Source: Gemmatimonadota bacterium (GTDB lineage Bacteria; Gemmatimonadota; Gemmatimonadetes; Gemmatimonadales; GWC2-71-9). From it: a DNA stretch of 64,000 bases. Every line of letters starts with the position of its first letter. The stretch's first letter is position 1. The position numbers and the translations under genes are program-made. The notes under the pieces are model-generated. The model saw only the letters and a list, made by a program, of their open reading frames with translations. It was not told where the DNA came from and ran no database searches. Positions 59,101 through 64,000 of this stretch are shown one piece after another. The stretch spans positions 15,283 to 79,282 of the forward strand of contig JANNSD010000037.1 of the NCBI GenBank assembly GCA_031402225.1. The letters are read 5' to 3'.

Positions 59101-59252
59101 GCAGCATCGATACCGATATCATCTCCACCCTGACGGCCGGCCTTCAGCTGGGCTATACGGTGAACGACTTCCGCAGCCTCGACCGGAAGAGCTCCCAGCT
59201 GTTCGTGGTCGCGTCACTCAACCTGTCGATCTTTGCCGGGGACTATCGATGA
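53151..59252 (+). CDS. sprA: SprA/Sov-like giant outer-membrane protein (T9SS translocon family)
   Basis: 2033 aa with a GTG start. The signal peptide is MKRLLLALGVVACSPVVAGA/QAD. The region IIQVFYEGLEDEPIRRVEVGSVVFRPPSSRYLAASIPTNNFGASALVELGQLQMQVLAATQKGS matches my memory of the conserved SprA N-terminal block (YEG-EDEI-...-AGNVS-...-LFG-...-SQQKS). The rest has beta-rich composition throughout. Confidence 0.7.
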   Translation: MKRLLLALGVVACSPVVAGAQADSLAPPPDTTSVSGVGVKAGLGAPPLTLRVPPQYRQSWALGPRPRPGATAAAWQATLNAAVDSTLSAQASSQVLISLYGGSQESADSAEAALQRRGLFGINRSIVDLTLDGTIRLELRADRLKNLRCTPASLSDPSSGCRGDINGPRLDNQMTIRSGGVIGRRLRVNVDWDTQRDFTNSNIIQVFYEGLEDEPIRRVEVGSVVFRPPSSRYLAASIPTNNFGASALVELGQLQMQVLAATQKGSAIGQRVFTIGQAVATPQDRSVRDLDFEFGRFYWTVDPRTLPNFPAIDALSLDTLSVSPGVRPAELRVYRYRVPRLTGGVDPNLGGIPACAFQGGTTGRTFGPVPWQLLVLGADYYTDPSGLWIAMSQRVDLQADYLAVSYVTEAGTTVGSFPGAPKPGAGTTCASVDTLRMIVEPLVGSDQPSFHHEMRQFYRVAGQDLDPASLQVDLAVNRSERPLPPSSFSTYLSALGLSIPTDENTFDWANRLFPRARDPGADLLVREAFLAFPNIKPFGNPAVLGPTERNDSLYQTPVYLLFSQGPPSKFLFRLRYSSSGAGDRSALNLNALQVLEGSEKLFLSGRQLTRGTDYTIAYETGLVTFLNPEALFGSGVGQITAQFEERGVFAVAPTSIFGLTTRYDLGRTGSVNFVGIYQRENSAFARPALGFEASANLIAGANTDLHFRPTALSRLVSSITNRNGSSEAFLDINGEFAFTRPDPNRTGQAYIQEFEGVSGSAVSLGAAVWQYGSVPQSTVGLDPSLGFGATFDTADAVQMIWQNLIPGPDGGVVQFFPEDIDPNIVTVGNQQVPETVMYLTLHADTAGGVVQQNNRSLWTQPPRPNTPRWRSMQTAISTVGVDFTANTYIEFWLYTDAAKSAETAGVNLVFDLGQVNEDAVGAAPDTLKVEAGDSLYVGRQYVGVGVLNSERQSTGIFNAQADDIGILGDIPPIVLPNLDTDPAFPLCQTVLGTTVQIFPWGDLSARCTRGNGFLDTEDLNGDNVLNAQGPNDNVNRYVVSLTDTQYVVRKGVTDPATGAGWTLYRLPLRTPTAVIGTPNIRLVQALRVTLVAPPALDDLVARVALSRLTFVGAPWLARAPAPIAGIAGSTAEATGSVVVSVVSTLDKNLGYVPPPGVIVGLQDRQGSAQDIGAEIDEKSLRVVARQLAQGTRAEAYFRFPAGNQRFLSYRQLRVWMRGGRDLPDWDAGGLLGYIKVESDADNFYMYQTTLRSNGAEEAWNPEVTVDLEVWALLRARIESEVEQGLPPSGADVCGGDPAAYVACQDGYIVHILSPNVNPPNLAAAQGLSTGMIRVAAGVSDSTELWVDDVRLSEPITTMGSAWALDARLAAGDVFDLSFLISSVNGQFRQLGAQPSFRTTGGLITAANFRLDRFLPTSVGLLIPVNLSYAATNVNPQLLTGSDIIAEALPGLRKPNSNTGNLNVLVRRSARGSSSLMRILADPLALTAGYLRGRGQTELSRSTTDNVSAALSYTISVTRRGKPIRLTGLVNGLPTFLRESDFGNSLKTASYTLVPTSLRLRSGLAREQTNFFSYVSPVERSVDALAVPALALNYIWRNAAGLTWQPLGMLLFNVDVASSRDLRQYGDSTPQARLATAERQDLLGIDVGVERDRTSGTSLVIAPKISSWFRPRFGTTSNFVLSRYLNSRQLVRTDGDTAGAFILPQTFSNLRAYEWGFSIDYARGLRQVVGDSSGVGNLIRRFRALDVTRRTTRTSTFDLAVFQPSLGYILALGGLSSFLSQDGQPAIGATQTVATQLATGLDFGFGLSITGLYSEIATDRYQTIGGGQRLAVVFQREWPSGQVRFTRPFARGPFALISVGATIRQRKGSTTQPVSATVVSVVANQTRNISPELGITFRNGIGLASNLSLLKQESATNGALTLLDQADLNGSLTYAFPLPRALSRARKLARSSLSVVVSKASQCLVRAANLDCQVINDTRRQEYRGSIDTDIISTLTAGLQLGYTVNDFRSLDRKSSQLFVVASLNLSIFAGDYR

Positions 59253-60187
59253 TGCGGTACCGCCTGCCTGGGTCGCTGGCCCTGCTCCTCCTGATGGCGG
59301 GCTGCGGTTCGGCGCCACCCGCTCCGCCCCGCGAGTTCGACGGGGCCGCCGCCATGCGCTACGTGGAGGCGCAGGTCGCCTTCGGGCCGCGCGTGCCGGG
59401 CAGCGAGGCCCACCAGCACATGGCGGCGTGGCTCGATTCGCTGGCGCGGGCCCGGGCCGATTCGGTGATCATTCAGGACTGGGTCAACGTCACTGCCAAG
59501 GGCGTGAGGATCCCGCTGCGCAACGTGATGATGCGGTTCAACCCGACGGCGACCGACCGCATTCTCTATCTCGCGCACTGGGACACCCGACCCACCGCGG
59601 ACAAGGCGATCAACCCGGCGGACCGAAGCACGCCGATTCCGGGTGCGAACGACGGGGCCTCCGGCGTTGCGGTGCTGCTGGGCGTGGCCGATGCGCTGCG
59701 GAAGACCCCGTCTGCGCTCGGCGTGGACCTGCTCTTCGTGGACGGCGAGGACTTCGGCAGCTTCGAGGACTCGACCGAAACGCTGCTCGGGTCTCGCTAC
59801 TACGCGAAACACCAGGTGCCTGGACCCAAGCCGCTCTTCGCCGTGCTGTTCGACATGGTCGGCGACCGTGACCTGCAGATCTACCAGGAGGGGAATTCCC
59901 TCCTGGGCGCGCCAGAGGTGGTCGATCGGGTGTGGGACGCCGCGAAGATCGCCGGCTACTCGAAGGTCTTCATTGCGGCCCCGCGCCACACCCTCGTCGA
60001 CGACCACGTGCCCCTGCAGCAGGCCGGCATCCGCGCCATCGACGTGGTCGACTACGACTATGGCAGCAACAACAGCCTCTGGCACACCCCCGACGACACC
60101 ATCGACAAGCTGAGCGTGGAGAGCCTGCAAGCGGTGGGTGACGTAGCGATGGCCGTGATACGCCTCGAGGCTGGCGGGATAAAGTAG
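59249..60187 (+). CDS. Lipoprotein M28-fold peptidase / glutaminyl-peptide cyclotransferase-like enzyme
   Basis: Track ORF 59033..60187. I moved the start to ATG 59249, which overlaps the sprA stop (ATGA). The lipobox is LLLLMAGC. YLAHWDTRPTADK...IPGANDGASGVAVLLGVADAL...VDLLFVDGEDFG...WHTPDDT give an M28/animal-type glutaminyl cyclase metal-site layout. Confidence 0.75.
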   Translation: MMRYRLPGSLALLLLMAGCGSAPPAPPREFDGAAAMRYVEAQVAFGPRVPGSEAHQHMAAWLDSLARARADSVIIQDWVNVTAKGVRIPLRNVMMRFNPTATDRILYLAHWDTRPTADKAINPADRSTPIPGANDGASGVAVLLGVADALRKTPSALGVDLLFVDGEDFGSFEDSTETLLGSRYYAKHQVPGPKPLFAVLFDMVGDRDLQIYQEGNSLLGAPEVVDRVWDAAKIAGYSKVFIAAPRHTLVDDHVPLQQAGIRAIDVVDYDYGSNNSLWHTPDDTIDKLSVESLQAVGDVAMAVIRLEAGGIK

Positions 60188-60243
60188 CCCTCCCCGTTTT
60201 CCGGGTGCGCCCGATCCGGGCGTCGTATCCGACATTCACACGC

Positions 60244-60885
60244 ATGCCCCCCGAACACCGCGCGGTGCTGCTTCTGCTGGGCCTCGGGCTCGTTGGTCAC
60301 GTTGTGCGGCTGGTCGCGTCCGACGCCAGCCAGCCGCCGGGTGAGGTGCGGCTGCTGGGCGCCTCGGCGGGCTCTGCCGCGCTCGCGCGACGCGACAGTC
60401 TGGTGCGCCTTGCCCGTCCCCTTGGCCCGGGTGAGCGGATCGACGTGGATCGCGCCTCGGCGCAGGAGCTCCAGCGGCTGCCCGGCGTCGGGTCAGGTCT
60501 GGCACGCCGAATCGTGGAGGAACGCAACCGGTCGGGGCCGTTCGGCGACACGGCGGCATTGGGCCAGGTGCCGGGCATTGGGCCAGCCAAGCTCAAGCGC
60601 ATGGCGCCGAATCTTGCTTTCTCGGCTCCGCCGCGCGCGGCCGCCACGGTCGCGCCGAGCGCCGCGATCAACGATGCCCCGCCACCGGTCATCACCGACG
60701 TGATCAACCGCGGGTCGGTGACGGACCTGGAGCGGCTTTCCGGCATTGGCCGGCGCCGGGCCGCGCGAATCGTCGCCTTTCGCGACAGCGCGGGCCCCTT
60801 CCGGAGCCCCTCCGACCTGGCTCGGGTACTCGGCATCAGCCTTGCGCTTGCGCAAGGTCTCTGGACAGCAGCGGGGCAGCAATGA
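60244..60885 (+). CDS. comEA: ComEA-like helix-hairpin-helix DNA-binding protein (two HhH modules)
   Basis: Track ORF 60205..60885 (GTG). I prefer ATG 60244 (MPPEHRAVLLLLGLGLVGHVV, TM anchor). ASAQELQRLPGVGSGLARRIVEERNRSGPF and TDLERLSGIGRRRAARIVAFRDSAGPF are ComEA-type HhH units. Confidence 0.75.
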   Translation: MPPEHRAVLLLLGLGLVGHVVRLVASDASQPPGEVRLLGASAGSAALARRDSLVRLARPLGPGERIDVDRASAQELQRLPGVGSGLARRIVEERNRSGPFGDTAALGQVPGIGPAKLKRMAPNLAFSAPPRAAATVAPSAAINDAPPPVITDVINRGSVTDLERLSGIGRRRAARIVAFRDSAGPFRSPSDLARVLGISLALAQGLWTAAGQQ

Positions 60886-60964
60886 CAGCGATGCCATGCC
60901 CATGTCTGCGTAGCATATCACTCAGCAGAGCAATCACTTAGGCACTTGGCCAGGTACGGTTGAC

Positions 60965-62680
60965 ATGGCATCAGTGGCGGTAGGCGGCAGTTCCTTCGGC
61001 GACCTCCTTCTGCAGGAAGGTCTGCTGACTCGCGACCAGCTCACGGCGGCCACCGCCGAGGCCAAGTCGTCCCGCCTGCGCCTGAGCTATGTGGTGGTGA
61101 AGCAGGGCACCGTCCCCGAAGTCGAGGTGACGAAGCTGCTCGCCCGGCACTACCGGATGCCTGCCGTCGACCTGACCAAGTTCGAAGTCGATCCGCGCAC
61201 GCTCAAGCTGATTCCCGGCGAAGTCGCGGCCAAGCACGTCGTGCTGCCGCTCAAGCGCGAGGGCCGCACCCTCACGGTCGCGGTCGCGGATCCGTCCGAT
61301 CACGGCCTCCTGGACGACCTCAAGTTCATCACCCGGTACGACCTCTTCCCTGTCATTGCCGGCGAGGTCACCCTCCGAAGCCTGATCGAGCGGCACTACG
61401 AGTCCGCCGGGAACGAGCAGCAGCTCGCCAACCTCCTGAAGGACATGGAGGGACTGGACGAGGATGTCGAGGTCGTCGAGGAGCGGGACGACGAGGTCGC
61501 TACCCGCGAGCAGATCGACGACGCGCCGGTCGTGAAGCTGATCAACGGCCTGCTGACTGACGCGGTGCGCCGCGGGGCCAGCGACATCCACATCGAGCCG
61601 TTCGAGCACGAGATCCGGGTGCGCTACCGCATCGACGGCGCGCTGATCGAGGTCATGAAGCCGCCGCTCAAGCTCCGGGCGGCGCTCACCAGCCGCGTCA
61701 AGATTCTCTCCCAGCTCAACATCGCCGAGCGCCGCGTGCCGCAGGACGGCCGCCTCAAGCTCAAGATGGGCAACCGGGTCATCGACTTCCGCGTGTCGAC
61801 GCTGCCGGTGCTCTTCGGCGAGAAGATCGTGATGCGAATCCTTGACAAGGGCAACCTGACGCTCGACCTGAGCAAGTTCGGCTTCGAGCCCAAGGCCGAG
61901 GCGGACCTGCTGAAGGCGATCCTGAATCCGTACGGCATGGTGCTGGTCACCGGCCCGACGGGCTCGGGCAAGACGACCACGCTGTACTCGGCGCTGTCGC
62001 GCATCAATACCATCGAGACGAACATCATGACCGCGGAGGATCCCGTCGAGTACAACCTGATGGGAATTAACCAGGTGCTGGTGCGCAACGAGATCGGGCT
62101 CACCTTCGCGGCGGCGCTGAAGGCGTTCCTGCGGCAGGACCCCAACATCATCATGATCGGCGAAATCCGGGACCTGGAGACGGGCAGCATCGCCATCAAG
62201 GCGGCGCTCACCGGCCACCTGGTGCTCTCGACGCTGCACACCAACGACGCGGCCAGCACCATCACCCGCATGATCGACATGGGGCTCGAAGCGTTCAACG
62301 TCGCGAGCGCCGTCAACCTGGTGGTGGCGCAGCGACTCGTGCGCCGCATCTGCAAGTCCTGCAAGGAACCGACTACATATCCAGACGCCGTGCTGGCGTC
62401 GCTGGGCACGGATCTTGATGAGTTCCGGTCGATTCCATTCATGAAGGGCAAGGGCTGCGATGCCTGCGGCGGCCTGGGCTACAAGGGGCGCGCCGGCCTG
62501 TACGAGGTGATGAACCTGTCGGCCACGCTACGCCGGATGATCCTGCGGGGCGACGCCTCCGCCGAACTCCGGGACACTGCGGTGGCGGAGGGCATGCTGA
62601 CCCTGCGCATGGACGGCATGGTGAAGGTCGCGAAGGGCGTTACCACTCTCGAAGAAGTCGTGAAGGAGACCGCAGCATGA
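60965..62680 (+). CDS. pilB: Type IV pilus assembly ATPase PilB (GspE family)
   Basis: 571 aa. It has N-terminal GSPII_E_N-like repeats, Walker A GPTGSGKTTT, and the tetracysteine CKSCKE...CDACGGLGYKGR. Confidence 0.9.
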   Translation: MASVAVGGSSFGDLLLQEGLLTRDQLTAATAEAKSSRLRLSYVVVKQGTVPEVEVTKLLARHYRMPAVDLTKFEVDPRTLKLIPGEVAAKHVVLPLKREGRTLTVAVADPSDHGLLDDLKFITRYDLFPVIAGEVTLRSLIERHYESAGNEQQLANLLKDMEGLDEDVEVVEERDDEVATREQIDDAPVVKLINGLLTDAVRRGASDIHIEPFEHEIRVRYRIDGALIEVMKPPLKLRAALTSRVKILSQLNIAERRVPQDGRLKLKMGNRVIDFRVSTLPVLFGEKIVMRILDKGNLTLDLSKFGFEPKAEADLLKAILNPYGMVLVTGPTGSGKTTTLYSALSRINTIETNIMTAEDPVEYNLMGINQVLVRNEIGLTFAAALKAFLRQDPNIIMIGEIRDLETGSIAIKAALTGHLVLSTLHTNDAASTITRMIDMGLEAFNVASAVNLVVAQRLVRRICKSCKEPTTYPDAVLASLGTDLDEFRSIPFMKGKGCDACGGLGYKGRAGLYEVMNLSATLRRMILRGDASAELRDTAVAEGMLTLRMDGMVKVAKGVTTLEEVVKETAA

Positions 62681-63816
62681 GCGTCAACCTCCGGGTGCTC
62701 CTCGAGGAGATGATTGAACGGGAAGCCTCGGACCTCCACCTGACCGCGGGTGAACGGCCGAAGCTGCGCGTGGACGGCGACATTACCAACGCGAACTCGT
62801 GCGCCGACATCATGAATCCCAAGGACACGCTGTCGCTCGCCTATTCCGTGCTCACCGAGAACCAGAAGAAGCGGTTCGAGACCGAGGACGAGCTGGACTT
62901 CTCTTTCGGCATCCAGAACCTGGCGCGCTTCCGCGGCAACGTCTACAAGCAGCGGGGCTGCGTATCGGTGGCAATCCGCATGATCCCCTTCAATGTCCGC
63001 ACCTTCAATGAGCTCGGCCTGCCGCCGGTGGTGGCGAAGCTGGCGGAGCGGCCGCGCGGCCTCATCCTGGTCACCGGGCCGACCGGCTCCGGCAAGTCCA
63101 CGACGCTGGCGGCGATCATCGACAAGATCAACAAGGAGCGGAAGGGGCACATCATCACGGTGGAGGACCCGATCGAGTTCATCCACCGCCACCAGAGCTG
63201 CATCGTCAACCAGCGCGAGGTGGGCACCGACACGAAGAGCTTCTCCTCGGCGCTCAAGTACTGCCTGCGCGAGGACCCCGACGTTATTCTGGTGGGAGAA
63301 ATGCGGGATCTCGAGACGGTCTCCGCGGCGCTGACCATCGCCGAAACCGGCCACCTCGCCCTCGCGACCCTGCACACCAACTCGGCGGCCGAGTCGATCA
63401 ACCGCATCATCGACGTGTTCCCGGCGAGCCAGCAGTCGCAGGTGCGAGCCCAGCTTGCGTTCGTGCTCGAAGGGGTGCTCACCCAGACGCTGTTGCCGCG
63501 CCTGCGCGGCCGCGGCCGGGTCATGGCCACCGAGATCATGGTGGTGACGCCGGCCATCCGGGCGCTGATCCGCGACGACAAGGTGCACCAGATCCAGTCC
63601 TCCATGCAGGCCGGCCAGAAGTTCGGCATGCAGACGATGAACGCCTCGCTCTACCAGTTGTACATGAATCGGGAGGTTGCTCAGGAAGAGTGCCTCCGGG
63701 TGTCGCCGGACCCGAACGAGTTCCTGCGCATGATCGGCGAAAAGCCGCTCGACGACCAGGAAATTGGCTCGGCACCGTCCGGCAAGATGGCCAGCAGCAG
63801 CGGCGGGCGCCGCTAA
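62677..63816 (+). CDS. pilT: Type IV pilus retraction ATPase PilT
   Basis: 379 aa. ASDLHLTAGERPKLRVDGDI, Walker A GPTGSGKST and AHLVLATLHTN-type LALATLHTNSAAESINRIIDVFP are present. Its ATG overlaps the pilB stop (ATGA). Confidence 0.9.
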   Translation: MSVNLRVLLEEMIEREASDLHLTAGERPKLRVDGDITNANSCADIMNPKDTLSLAYSVLTENQKKRFETEDELDFSFGIQNLARFRGNVYKQRGCVSVAIRMIPFNVRTFNELGLPPVVAKLAERPRGLILVTGPTGSGKSTTLAAIIDKINKERKGHIITVEDPIEFIHRHQSCIVNQREVGTDTKSFSSALKYCLREDPDVILVGEMRDLETVSAALTIAETGHLALATLHTNSAAESINRIIDVFPASQQSQVRAQLAFVLEGVLTQTLLPRLRGRGRVMATEIMVVTPAIRALIRDDKVHQIQSSMQAGQKFGMQTMNASLYQLYMNREVAQEECLRVSPDPNEFLRMIGEKPLDDQEIGSAPSGKMASSSGGRR

Positions 63817-63831
63817 CCGGGAGAAGGACCG

Positions 63832-64000
63832 ATGCCGCTCTTCGAGTATACCGCGCGCAACCCGACCACGGGCCAGATCCAGAAGGGTCAGCTCGACGTC
63901 CCGTCGAAGGACGACGTCACGTCGTATCTCCGGAAGAACCGGATGATGCTCGTGAGCCTCCGGGAAGCGCCCAAGCCGATCAAGCTCAGCTTCAGCTTCG
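63832..64000 (+). CDS. pilC: Type IV pilus platform protein PilC (GspF family), N-terminal 56 codons only
   Basis: Not in the track because it is open at the window end. ATG 63832 has GGGAGAAGG upstream. MPLFEYTARNPTTGQIQKGQLDVPSKDDVTSYLRKNRMMLVSL is the typical PilC opening, and it sits after pilB-pilT. Confidence 0.75.
   Translation, partial: MPLFEYTARNPTTGQIQKGQLDVPSKDDVTSYLRKNRMMLVSLREAPKPIKLSFSF

Noticed and set aside
59033-59248. 72-codon N-terminal extension of the cyclase-like ORF; likewise the extensions of ORFs 42383, 39148, 46703, 47962, 28747, 15822 and 34307
   Set aside because: The extensions run through the preceding gene or lack coding character. Internal starts give proper signal peptides, lipoboxes or RBSs, and often overlap the upstream stop codon.
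60886-60964. Possible sigma-54 promoter (TGGCCAGGTACGGTTGA) in front of pilB
   Set aside because: The TTG element is displaced by two bases relative to the GG, so -24/-12 spacing is wrong.

Overview
Very GC-rich bacterial chromosomal segment. By eye it is about two-thirds G+C, and third codon positions are almost all G/C, so the ORF track is full of long spurious antisense or shifted ORFs. I resolve about 55 protein-coding genes. I found no rRNA or tRNA, no CRISPR, and no transposase, integrase or phage genes.

Gene content, left to right:
- Partial soluble acyl-ACP desaturase (not in the track), a GNAT and a CrtI-family oxidoreductase.
- An operon of a small Cys-rich membrane protein, a YfcC transporter and a Tat-lipoprotein amidase.
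- An exported JAB/MPN-like protein.
- A WtpA/ModA-like binding protein coupled to pruA.
- A complete pqqABCDE operon; pqqA is a 24-codon ORF hidden inside a spurious track ORF. It lies directly downstream of a sensor kinase and a sigma-54 (NtrC-type) regulator.
- A TPR protein and a fused M16 peptidase.
- A divergent nucleotidyltransferase / CDP-alcohol phosphatidyltransferase pair.
- OsmC, a DsbA-like protein, Kup and Acs, then a STAS protein and ccmABC plus a ccmD-like ORF.
- A tightly coupled 7-gene minus-strand operon: DUF92, lipoprotein, GGR-family flavoprotein, flavin reductase, methyltransferase, SRPBCC and a KAS II-like enzyme.
- A V4R-like protein and an M24 peptidase.
- A roughly 21 kb outer-membrane/secretion block. 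It starts with an Oar-type TonB-dependent barrel, a 1329-aa protein with a T9SS-type C-terminal domain, and a PorV-like barrel, all in one promoter-to-terminator unit. Then come a GWxTD protein, heme o synthase and LptF/LptG. It ends with a 2033-aa SprA-like translocon translationally coupled to a lipoprotein M28/glutaminyl-cyclase-like enzyme.
- ComEA and pilB-pilT-pilC (partial).

The repertoire looks like Gemmatimonadota or a neighbouring FCB-group lineage, but I cannot verify taxonomy without a search.

Most interesting observations:
1. A T9SS-like export module (SprA, PorV-like, CTD cargo, Oar-type barrel) with no PorKLMN in view. It is combined with a striking Gln-at-+1 pattern in six signal peptides and a cyclase gene fused to the sprA stop codon.
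2. The 7-gene lipid/isoprenoid-looking operon near the window centre.
3. A dispersed family of heptamer-array hairpins, (ACGGGAG)n facing (CGTCTYC)n, plus related GTGAGG and GACGTGA arrays in intergenic DNA.
4. A candidate sigma-54 promoter and palindrome placing pqq under the adjacent two-component system.

All family assignments rest on motif recognition by eye, not on database searches.
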